A stretch of DNA of 63,977 nucleotides, the filler included, from Reclinomonas americana ATCC 50394 (Eukaryota), in NCBI GenBank assembly GCA_048213135.1. It is 6 parts of 5 records of this genome, joined end to end, with 100 filler letters (N's around TTAATTAATTAA, not from the genome) between each part and the next. Parts side by side here need not be neighbours in the genome. Positions count along the whole stretch, not along the records: positions 31,823 to 40,185 come from PS015342.1; positions 40,286 to 51,439 come from PS015343.1; 4 more parts are not named here. One strand, written 5' to 3'. The position numbers were made by a program, and so were the translations under genes. Of this stretch, positions 34,222-45,800 are shown in pieces. The number at the start of each line of letters is the position of its first letter. Position 1 is the first letter of the stretch. The notes beneath the pieces were generated by a model. That model saw only the letters and a program-made list of their open reading frames with translations, was not told where the DNA came from and made no database searches.

Positions 34222-35611
34222 CTTCAACCATACACACACTTTCTCTCACATTCAGGAAACACATAGCCTCTCTTTCTTCAGCCACTGTCAACCCAACCCC
34301 GCAGAGCGTGTAACGCACATTGTTCAGATAGACCATCGATAGAACGGCCTTTCTTTCTTTTCGCGGCTACTACACACGCTTCTTCTCTCAAATTCACCAA
34401 TTCATTGCCTGTCTTTTTCTCTTCACTATCAACGTCTTTCTCTTAACGACATTGAGGATCGAGGTCTCCCACAACGATCCGCTACAACGATCTTCTCATT
34501 CCTCGCCACTTCCATACACAAGCTATTTCTCTCAAATTCCGAAGCCTTCACTGCCAGCACCTTCCTCACACACTCTCGAACAACTGTTCAATACACACTA
34601 TGTAGGAAGTCACTGCCCCAATGGAAAGATGACCGTCTCTTTCTTCGTCCCTGCTTCCAATGTCCTCTGGAGAACTGCTGACTGATGCACTTACCATCTC
34701 TCACCACAATCACTCACGCCAACTATGCGTCACGTTCCTCCCTTTCCTCTTCTCACCCTTCCCAATTCTNNNNNNNNNNNNNNNNNNNNNNNNNNNNNNN
34801 NNNNNNNNNNNNNNNNNNNNNNNNNNNNNNNNNNNNNNNNNNNNNNNNNNNNNNNNNNNNNNNNNNNNNNNNNNNNNNNNNNNNNNNNNNNNNNNNNNNN
34901 NNNNNNNNNNNNNNNNNNNNNNNNNNNNNNNNNNNNNNNNNNNNNNNNNNNNNNNNNNNNNNNNNNNNNNNNNNNNNNNNNNNNNNNNNNNNNNNNNNNN
35001 NNNNNNNNNNNNNNNNNNNNNNNNNNNNNNNNNNNNNNNNNNNNNNNNNNNNNNNNNNNNNNNNNNNNNNNNNNNNNNNNNNNNNNNNNNNNNNNNNNNN
35101 NNNNNNNNNNNNNNNNNNNNNNNNNNNNNNNNNNNNNNNNNNNNNNNNNNNNNNNNNNNNNNNNNNNNNNNNNNNNNNNNNNNNNNNNNNNNNNNNNNNN
35201 NNNNNNNNNNNNNNNNNNNNNNNNNNNNNNNNNNNNNNNNNNNNNNNNNNNNNNNNNNNNNNNNNNNNNNNNNNNNNNNNNNNNNNNNNNNNNNNNNNNN
35301 NNNNNNNNNNNNNNNNNNNNNNNNNNNNNNNNNNNNNNNNNNNNNNNNNNNNNNNNNNNNNNNNNNNNNNNNNNNNNNNNNNNNNNNNNNNNNNNNNNNN
35401 NNNNNNNNNNNNNNNNNNNNNNNNNNNNNNNNNNNNNNNNNNNNNNNNNNNNNNNNNNNNNNNNNNNNNNNNNNNNNNNNNNNNNNNNNNNNNNNNNNNN
35501 NNNNNNNNNNNNNNNNNNNNNNNNNNNNNNNNNNNNNNNNNNNNNNNNNNNNNNNNNNNNNNNNNNNNNNNNNNNNNNNNNNNNNNNNNNNNNNNNNNNN
35601 NNNNNNNNNNN

Positions 35612-38600
35612 CCCCACCCACCTCCCTGACAATTGCGCGCCGCCTCGGTGCACACGTGCCAGGCGACGGGATGGCGCAACGCAAAGTACTCCTGCATGTG
35701 AATCTCCGGATGCAGACGCCAACATGCACTGCCGTCGGCCGACACGCTGCCCGAGGACTGCAGCGCACCGAGTGCACCGAGTCGCTCCAGCCGCTCGGCG
35801 ACAATATCCTGCACCACCGGCGCATTCTCCAGCACGAAGGAGCCGTCGGAGGTGCTGCTCACGAGGTTGGCATTGTATCTGAAAGCAAATTTTGACTCGG
35901 ACGTGCTCACCTGAACGGATCAGGCGCACACCGCAACATCTCGCACATGACATCGGTGGAGATGAGACAGCCGACGTGTGTCAGTGCCGCTGCCGACAAG
36001 GCACATCGTCGATCGAGCGACGACCACGACGCCAACACGGCCTCCACCACNNNNNNNNNNNNNNNNNNNNNNNNNNNNNNNNNNGGCAGCCGCTGCTCCA
36101 CTTCCTCCACCAGAATGACCGAGTTGACCGCTGAGCAACGCAGGTGAGCGCCAGCACAAGGGAGAGCGGATCGTCTTCACATTCAAAGTCGTGCACGCAA
36201 CTGCGAATGGTGAGATGCTGTGCGGGTGCCCGAGGATCCCGACGGCGACGAGCCGGTACATTATCTTCAGCGGCGGCGGCAGCGGCAGCGGCGGCGGCGG
36301 CGGCGGCAGCAGCAGCAGCCTCCTCCTCAGCAGCTGCGTGGCGACGCGCACGGTGAGGGAAATTGCAGCGCAGACGAACGACACACAGCTCTCATCCACC
36401 AACCGGCAATAAGAAGAAGCTGGCGCCGCCGTATCTGCTTACGGGCGTACTCGCGCGCAAAGAGCATGATGGCGAGTGTTCCGGGAAGGATAATGATGGC
36501 AACAAAGCGAGCTGCCGTAATGACGGCAACCAGTGGGGCTGAGTGCTGCGGAGACACCTCAATAGCGTCAATCCAGATGCTCGCCAACTGAGTGATTGGT
36601 ACACACGCACCTCCCAACCAAGCACACACTGGCCAGCAATCACCGACCCGTTGCTGATGGCCGCCGCAACGACAATCGTCGACTGTCGCACAAGGAAATG
36701 GGTGAGCCACAACATGAACCGTGGACCAAGGAGGCAAGCGTAGCGACGCATTAGCACCTCGATGAAGAACTGCAGCATGGCGGCGGCGAGAGCCACCAAT
36801 AGCTGCCCGTACGTCCACGGCTTGCGCACTTGCGTTTCGCGAGTCCTAACCCACCTCCCCGTCAGTCTCACAGGAACCGTTCCACAGACAGAGGAAACAA
36901 TACACGCACCAATTGGCGTGCAAAACGTAAAAGACGGCCGAGGTGCAGGCAAAAAACAACACGGGCGTGGCCACTACGGCGCCCGAGTCGCAGTGCAAGT
37001 CGCCATCGATGGCGCCACGGAGAATGCCATTCAGTACAACGCCGGCGCACGCCACTCCGATTGCAATCTCGCACAGCCATCGATATCGTTGGGGGATCAC
37101 TGCATCGACTTTATGCTTACGCTTGCGCAGTTGCTGCTCCATGGAGAGGACAATCAGTGCGACCACAGCCAGGGCGACGAACAGAGCCCAGGAGTCAGTC
37201 CACATCCTGCTCGCGAGTGACACAGCGCAGTTTCTAAGCAACTGAAGGTGAACTAAAACAGCCTGATTGCATCGCACCTGGTGAGGAAAATGGTGTAGTG
37301 CAACACCACGACCACGCTGTGTAGCACACACAGTGCCAGCACGGCGACCGTCAACAGGTACCATTGTGTCCGAATCTTGCCGCACGCGACCATCAGCAAC
37401 GCGCCAACACACAACAGTGCAATGGTGCCGCCGGAGAACGCAAGAATCCACGAGCTGCACCAGCCAAACAAATGAGCCGATCGAGAGGATTCCTCGCGTA
37501 CCACTTGACTGTTTCTCACCTGGTGCACGAGGCCGCAATGAGACCCGAGCAGTCCGCCGCCCCAATCGTCTTGTGCACATTGATGGCGCACTGCGGACCC
37601 TGGAATCCCGACATGCAGCGGCACTGCTGATTTACGCACTGGCCGACGAAATTGCAGTCGGCGTCGGTGACGCATCCGGGTCCTGCACACACCACCGCAA
37701 AAGCGGTCAACACGGGTCCTGACATGCATCTCGTGCGTCTATACAGACACTGTTCACCTACAAGCGTCCGTCCGACAGCAAGGTAGGGCATGGCTGGCGA
37801 CAGGCGCAGACACACTTGATGGATTTCGTTGAGTGCACGGGAGAGGTCAAACGACACCACAATCGTCGTCTCATCCTGAAACACAAACGCCGCCGTGGCC
37901 GACGCCGCACTGCCATCCCACACACAAGTCGTCACAACTCTGGCACAGTGCACCTCTGTCTGGCAATCAAACGATCGATCTCACCGCGAAGTGTCGGTGC
38001 ATGTGCTGAACGGCGACGCAAACACCGCGGCGAAATCACCAGCGACGCTCGTGAGACCCACCCCACTGATGGTGACTCGCTGTCCAGCCTGCGCGTTGAG
38101 TCGCGGCGGTGTGATGCTGACAACGGAGACTGGTCGAACACAGAGAGAGGCAGAGTGAGGAAAATAGAGAAAGAGCAAGCGGATTCGTGACTGTCTCACC
38201 GACATGCATCCGCAGGCCATGGATACCCAGTACAGACTGAGGATCCGGGCGGTAGCACAGCCACGCAGCACCAGCCGCTGTGCTTGCTGTCGACGTCAGC
38301 GTCAAGCGAAAAACAACCGTCGGATCAGCGTTTGTTCCATCCACGAATGAGCCCGCGACAGGGTCGACACGCATGGTGGTGTCAACCGAATCCGCATCGC
38401 ACGACACATCACGGTGAATACTAAACAGAGACGCTCCCGAAGTGACAGAATCTCGAAGTGCACAGCCCCGCTATTGACACGACAATGGGCGTCAGCTCAG
38501 AGTAGACTTTCTCGACATTGCAAGCCGAAAAGGCACGCAACAACTGTGACCACATTCGGTTGGTTGATAAACAGCACCCGTGGAGACGCAAACATGACGC

Positions 38601-40080
38601 CGCCTGTGCGTCATGAAGGGGAGCGGTGAGCAAGAGATTGCTCTTTGCTTCTCCTCTTCCTCTGCACGAACCTGTCGGAGTGATGAATCTGATACTCGAC
38701 TCCTGTCAATAAACACGTCGTGAGCGTGCATTCCCAACTCCCGTACGACCGTACAGTCACGCACCTGCGCCACCAGCAAGTCGCTTCCATTCGGCCGCAC
38801 ACTGACTCCAGCGGGATGGCTGAGTGCGGCGCCCGACAATAGGCCGTCAACGAATCCGCGAATGGTGCCGCCGGCCAACGTGTAGACCACCTTGTCTGGC
38901 AGCAGTACCCGAATTGCGTTGTTGTCCTGCGCGGGTATCGATAAGATGCCGTTCAGCGTTGACAATGACACCGGGAGAAGCACATACGTAGTCAGCAATG
39001 TAGATCGTGTCGGTGAGTGGATCGTAGTCGAGACCCTGAGGCGTGCTGAACGATGAGCCCGTGAGCGGCAGGCCGTCGTCGGAGCCAGTCGAAAGTCCGT
39101 TGCCTCCCAGGCGGGTTACTGTTCCGGTGAGCGACGCAGAGAAGCCTCCAGAGGCAAACGATGCGGCACCCGTCACGAGCACACGCCCGATGCTGTGTCG
39201 ACCCTGGTTTGGTTGTGTGCGCACGATGAGGACGGGGCGGCATTGTTTAATGCGCAGAACACTCGCGTCCGCAAGACTCACCGCAAACGCAAGCGATGTG
39301 GAATCGGAAGACGTTGCCACCAAGCCCGATGGCCGTCTGTTCCCCCCGCACGTGAGTCAGAGGAAGTGAGCCAAGGGTTCGTGGCGGATGGCAAACGAAA
39401 AAAGACTCACCCAAATCCACACGATCCAAACGAGCCATTCGCCCAGGCTACGACGATGCAGGATCAGAAGTCGAGCGAGAGCAAAACCTACAGACGCGCG
39501 ACACAGGAACTCACTCGACGCAGAGCACACTGCAATGGTTGTGACCGGGCCTGTCGAAGCAGCGGCTGTCAGCACCATAAAGGAGAGCGTCAAGAAGCGG
39601 ACCGAAAAGCAAACGCAACAGAAAAAGCCGCAGGCGGTCAAGGACATTCGTCGGAGGGCGCTCTGAAGTGCGGAGAGAAGAAAATGAGCGGAGATTGGCA
39701 GCAGCATCCACCACCGTCGACAAGATCCTCACCTCCGCGCCCGTGTACCGATCGCCAATGATCAGATAGTCGTCAAACACAGCCAAGCCGGTGGGTGTAC
39801 CGAACAGGGCCGACGACGAACTCGATCCGTCGCTGATGCCCTGCGTGCCGGATCCCGCCAGCGTCGACACGCCCGTGGTGTGCACATCGTACGCCCGCAC
39901 CATGGCACTCGTCGGCTCCGTAAACAGCAATCGATGCCGCTTCGTATCGTACACCATGAACGACGGCTCACGCAGCGAGGCCGACAGGCCCGCCGTCGAA
40001 TCCAGCGACTGTGGCACTCCGCTGCCGGCCACCGTCAGCACCTGTCCGTCGGGGAGCACGCGGCGGATCTTGTGGCCCTC
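35612..40080 (-). CDS. Large multi-exon membrane protein: NHL repeats + IPT/Ig-like + EGF-like + multiple TM helices + cytoplasmic domain (5' end missing)
   Basis: NHL repeats (KIRRVLPDGQVLTVAGSG, VSTLAGSGTQGISDG...FGTPTGLAV, FSTPQGLDYD...IYIADY), IPT-like VVSITPPRL..QAGQRVTISGVGL, EGF-like CNFVGQCVNQQCRCMSGFQGPQC, and about 7-9 hydrophobic segments at 36450-37480. Confidence 0.78.
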
Positions 40081-40229
40081 CTGAGTTGAGTTGGGTGAGG
40101 ACGAGGAGGAGGAGGAGGAGGAGGAGGAGGAGGAGGAGGAGGGAGGAGGAGGAGGAGGAGGAGGAGGAGGAGGAGGAGGAGGAGGNNNNNNNNNNNNNNN
40201 NNNNNNNNNNNNNNNNNNNNNNNNNNNNN

Positions 40230-40241
40230 TTAATTAATTAA
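40230..40241. other. Artificial scaffold-joining linker
   Basis: TTAATTAATTAA within N padding. Confidence 0.97.
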
Positions 40242-40295
40242 NNNNNNNNNNNNNNNNNNNNNNNNNNNNNNNNNNNNNNNNNNNNACGTACGGAG

Positions 40296-40352
<57 letters not shown>

Positions 40353-40636
40353 GTGGAGAACTATACAGCATAGCACGTTGCGTGTGAGTGTCAGTGCAAT
40401 CGAGGCCATCGATCGTGATGTGTTCTGTGATGAGTTGCGATCGTTCTCGTCGAAGAGATTCGTTGAGAGAGAGAGACTTGGAGGACCATTCAGCGTAGTT
40501 CGCTGCGTGTGAGTGAGAGTGCAATCGATGCGATCGATCGTGATGTCTTTGCGATGGGGTTGCGATCGATCTCGATGTCTCGTCAAGCTGTCGTTCTCCT
40601 CCTCCCCTCTGCCATACTTTGTCGCCTTTCCCTTCG

Positions 40637-42797
40637 CACTGATCGCCGCTCCGCCACAGATGGGTGCCGATGCAGTCGGGCTTCTGCAGTTCGAAACCGA
40701 CATGTGCGTGCTGGCTCGCAAGCATTTCGGCAAGGTATGTTGTCCATTTTGATTTCATCTCCGTGACCATCATGGTCTCCTCCCTGCGCCACATATTCGT
40801 CTCTCTGTCTCTCTTCCCTTTTCCCTCTTCCCTCTTCCCTCTTCCCAGTTCACATATCCTTCTCCCCCCTCTCCCTCTCCCTCTCCCTCTCCCTCTCCCT
40901 CTCCCTCTCCCTCTCCCTCTCCCTCATTCCCTATCCCTTTTCCCTCCCTCTCTTCACTGTCCCTCCCTCTCTTCCCTCTCCCTCTCTTCCCTCTCTTCCC
41001 TCTCTTCCCTCTCTTCCCTCTCCGCCCTCACTCACTCACCCCCCACAGACCTTCCCCGACTCGGACGTCACCGACGACGCCGACGCCCCCGGAGCCGTCG
41101 AAGCGCGCGCCTCTGCTCGTGGCATCCCCCTGCAGGCGCCCTTTACCGACAGCACGCCCACGTCGGCCTCGCATTCCGCCGCCTCCAGTCCGCCAGTGTC
41201 CTCGGAGCGACACACACGGAGTGGCGCGGCGCGCGTGTCGGCATTCGAAGTGGTCGAGCCACGGCGCGCCGACACGGGTACTGCGGGACCACCACCACCA
41301 CCGCCACCATCAGCTGCGACGCATTCCACGGCATCGCCCTCGAAGAGGAGTGCCGCTCCCGCCATGCGAGGGCAACTGCAGCACGCCAAGTTGTCGGTCG
41401 GCGCGTTGCGCGAGCAGCTGACGTCGCTGCGGCAGGATCTACAACAGCGGAGCGACGAATTCAGTCGTGGACTCCAACAGGCGACGGCTGCTGTGTCGCA
41501 GCGGCTGCGTGCGCACTTGGAGGCTGAGCCGCAACGGATTGCCGCCGAGAAGCAACGAGTGCGAGCCGAATACCAGGCGGAGCTGGCCCGCATCCAGAAG
41601 GAAAAGGAGGTGGAAGCTGCCGCCCGCCGTCAAAAGGAGGAGGAACTGGCGGCGTCGGAGAAGCGTCGGGTGCAAGCGGAATCCGCGGCAGAGCAGGCAC
41701 GCCAGCAGCAAGAAAAGGAGGCGGTGGCGGCAGCGGCGGCGGCGGCTGAGCGTCGTCGCAAGGAGCAGCAAGAGGCAACCGCCAAGCGGGAAGAAGAGGA
41801 GAGGCGGCGAGCAGCCGCTCCCGCGNNNNNNNNNNNNNNNNNNNNNNNNNNNNNNNNNNNNNNNNNNNNNNNNNNNNNNNNNNNNNNNNNNNNNNNNNNN
41901 NNNNNNNNNNNNNNNNNNNNNNNNNNNNNNNNNNNNNNNNNNNNNNNNNNNNNNNNNNNNNNNNNNNNNNNNNNNNNNNNNNNNNNNNNNNNNNNNNNNN
42001 NNNNNNNNNNNNNNNNNNNNNNNNNNNACTGTAGCGCCGCCCGCACCTCCAGCTCCCGCGACCACAGTGACCCCCGTCAAAGTGCAGCCGCAGCCGGCTG
42101 CTGCCGTCGTCTCGCCACCGCCGTCCCTTCCACCGGCGGTTGCGCCGTCGCCCGCCAAGGTGCAACCGCACGTTGCCTCTGCGGCGGCGGCGGTGGCACC
42201 ACCGCCACTACCACCGCCACCGCCTCCGGTCGACTCGATGGTGTTGGACTTTTCCGACTCGGACGGCGACGAGTCGTCGGCGACGTCGGCCAAGCCGGCC
42301 CCCGTGCAGCGCGTGGTGGCNNNNNNNNNNNNNNNNNNNNGCAGCCAGTGATCAAGCCTGCCTCCGTGGTTGTTTCGCCGTCGGCGGCGAGACGCGCTTC
42401 GTTGGCCGCCCCCGCCACCGTCGAGCCAGCCGGTCCTCCGCCACCGCTGCCGTCGCAGCCGCCGCCGCCGGTCAAGCTGCCGCCGAGTGCCACGGCACCG
42501 CTGGACGAGAAGGCTGTGCTGGAGGCTGTGCAAGCCACGCAGCGTGCCATGACGGCACAGATGACTGCGGACTTGGGACGCCGCTCCAGTGCCAACTCGT
42601 CGCCACTGCAAGACACCGATGAGCGGCGGCAGGCAGCTCGCGAGGCAGTGCGTGCCAAGCTGCAAGCTCGACGACTCTCTCGCGGCAACACCAGCGAGTC
42701 TCCAACTGATGAGTGTGCGTGGGGAGGGAATGCTGTTGTCATGTCGCGCGTTGCCCTGATGCTCACTCTGTCTACCGACACAGCGATTCATCCTTGA
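40637..42797 (+). CDS. 3' part of a Pro/Ala-rich coiled-coil protein of unknown function
   Basis: Short exon LIAAPPQMGADAVGLLQFETDMCVLARKHFGK|GTATGT, then a long exon from ~41050 with a charged coiled coil and poly-Pro segments. Two gaps interrupt it. Confidence 0.6.
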
Positions 42798-42891
42798 CGT
42801 CTCACTCGCTCACTCCTCGCCAAACCCCGTGCCCCTCTCGCCTCCGCACCTCATGTACCATGTTTCGCAAATAAACAAGCCCTATATACAT

Positions 42892-45800
42892 TCACTCTAC
42901 CTCTTCTACATCGTCATCATCATCGTCGGCAGCAGGCGCGGCCGCCGTCTTGCTACGACGCGCCTTCTTACCCTTGCTCGTCGTGCGCCGTCGCTTCTTC
43001 TTCTGCACCTCTTCCTCCTCCACTTCGTCCTCCTCAACATCGTCCTCTCGCATCTCCGTGCCAGGAGAGATGCGCAGTCGCTTGCGCGGAGCCACAGCTT
43101 CCACCGTGGTGGCCACCTGCAATACAGAATTTTGAGAGAGCGCACATCTCCCTTCCCCACTCCCCTCTTGCCTCACCGTGGTCCTACAATCCGTGAGTCC
43201 CAACACCGCCTGATGCATGCGGTGACTGCGAATGGCAGCCACACGCTCGCCCGCCGCAAAGTACGAGTCGATACGTCGTTGCGACTGAATGTGCACAAAC
43301 GAAACAATGAGCCTCAATTGGCAATCGCTCCACCCGAGCTGCAAACGCAACAGGCTCGTTGCCGCGTCGCAGCAGCGGCTCAATGTACTCGTTGAGCTTG
43401 CTCTTCGTCCAATTGAAGTACACTTCGGCAAACCTGCGCGCGCGCGCTCGATGAGCAGTCGGCAGACAGCCCACAAACGATGAAAGATAGAATACGCAAC
43501 TGTGTCATGTGCGGCACGTCGATCTCGCCCCACCGGAATCGCGTGGTCGTGCGGTCCACAGTCGGCCTCTGATATGCCTCCGTCACACGCCGAGAGGGGA
43601 AATCCTCGTCGAATATGACATATCGAGAGCGCATATTGCTCTGGTGCAGGCAACAAACGCCACAATCGGTGAGCACTACACGCCACCACCACTCCTCTTC
43701 CTCCTGATCCTCCTTGTCCTCAATCACGCAACGAATTTCTGCTTGAAGAGCTTGACTTTGAGCGGATCACTGGCCGTGGCCGCCGCCTGCGTGGACAGCG
43801 GTGCACGCACCCAGTCGCGAAACATACCGAGTCCGTCAAGGTCCTTGGGGAAGGCGTTGAGGATCTCCAGAGCCGTCACAATGCCGACATTACTGCACAG
43901 GTGAGGGGGAGAGAGGTTTATGAGGTCCCAGAGACGGAAACGGCAAAACAAGCAATCCTCGACATCGCACGCGCGCAACTACACGCCATCGGTGTAGTCA
44001 CTGCCCAGGAGAAGCGCCAACAGCATCATGTGGTTTGTCGTCAATCCCAGCTGCTCCTCAATGTAGTCCATGGAATACTCCTCGACGTACTTGCGATCCG
44101 ACTGCCTCACACGAGCCAAGCTCAGCACTGCCCCAATACACCCCCAGTGCAGCAGCGAGGTCCACACATGTACACAAAGGAACGCAACAAAGATGTTTTT
44201 GAAGACGTGCCGCGAGCCGAACACAAAGCAATCACCGTCGTCCGAGATGACACCATCGACGAGACCACTCATCTCCAGAAACGCGCACTGCCCGTCGGCC
44301 TCGCCCGGGCTCTCCATGTAGGGAATGCCAAACAGGCGCAGCATCTCCTTCAACTCCTCCACCAACTCCTGCGACACGGAGCGAGAGCGTCGCTCCAGTG
44401 TCTCCTTTTGCCGAACAAGGTCGGCAATGTCCGCCTCCTCCTCCGCCTCCGCCACATCATCATCCCACACGAGTGGTGGCGCACTGCTGCTGCTGCTCGT
44501 GTGAGACACATGCTTGACTCTTGCTCCTCCACAGAACGCATTTACCTTGGCGCAGGCGGAGGCACCGACGCGACTGCTGCACCCGCAGCACCACTGTCGT
44601 CGCCGAATCTGCATATCCGACGATTGAGGCACTGCGCACCCGAGCTTTCTCTTTTCCTTTCCNNNNNNNNNNNNNNNNNNNNNNNNNNNNNNNNNNNNNN
44701 NNNNNNNNNNNNNNNNNNNNNNNNNNNNNNNNNNNNNNNNNNNNNNNNNNNNNNNNNNNNNNNNNNNNNNNNNNNNNNNNNNNNNNNNNNNNNNNNNNNN
44801 NNNNNNNNNNNNNNNNNNNNNNNNNNNNNNNNNNNNNNNNNNNNNNNNNNNNNNNNNNNNNNNNNNNNNNNNNNNNNNNNNNNNNNNNNNNNNNNNNNNN
44901 NNNNNNNNNNNNNNNNNNNNNNNNNNNNNNNNNNNNNNNNNNACTGCTGCAGCCGAAGCAGACGAGCGCCACCTCGCTGACGAGGACGAAGATGGGGTGC
45001 GTTTATCCGTACGGAGCGATAGTCAGAAAAGAAAAGAGAAGAGAGCGGCGAAGAGACTAATTCTCTTTTGTGCAACAGCGTCGTGAATTGCGAGGAATCT
45101 TTGTGCGTTTGTTGTCATGTTTTTGTCGGCAAGTTTCTCCCTCTCCACCTCTCGCTCTCGCTCACTTTCTTCATTGTTATCACACAGACCTCCAGAAGCC
45201 GAAGAGCACACACTGGAGGAGGAAGCAGAGCGCATGGCCGCCAGCTGGTATTGCACTTTGTTGTCTGTTTTTGTGCACTCCCCCGTTGTTGAAAACCAGA
45301 ATGCGTGAATGTATCGCAGGCTCGAGGAGGGCTTCCTCGACGAGGAATACGAGGAGCTTGATGAGCGGTACGTGAGTGAGAGGAAAAGAAAGCAATNNNN
45401 NNNNNNNNNNNNNNNNNNNNNNNNNNNNNNNNNNNNNNNNNNNNNNNNNNNNNNNNNNNNNNNNNNNNNGGGCGAGATACGTGCCGGTTTGTCACTGTGT
45501 GACAAGGTTTGAGATGCGTCACTGCGCACACTGTGTGAAGTGGTGTGAGCACGCAACTGTTCCTGTGGTTTCGCCTCCCCCCTGCGCAACGAAGAGGACT
45601 TGGTCAGCGAGTGCACAAAGGGAGGCATAAATTGACAATACGGAGTTACCTGAGTTGCTCTTCCTCGTCGTCTTCTGTGACTGCGCGCAGTCGTCTCCTG
45701 CTGCATGAGCAGTCAGCCACGTGCTTCCTCCCCTCTTCCTCCCACTTCCACTCCCACTCTTCATCTGTGCCTCTCACGCAACATGGTGTCCGATTTTTCT

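Noticed and set aside
40400..40734. Possible RhoGAP C-terminal end upstream of the Pro-rich coiled-coil exon
   Set aside because: Only a short, weakly similar peptide is visible, too little to support a domain call.
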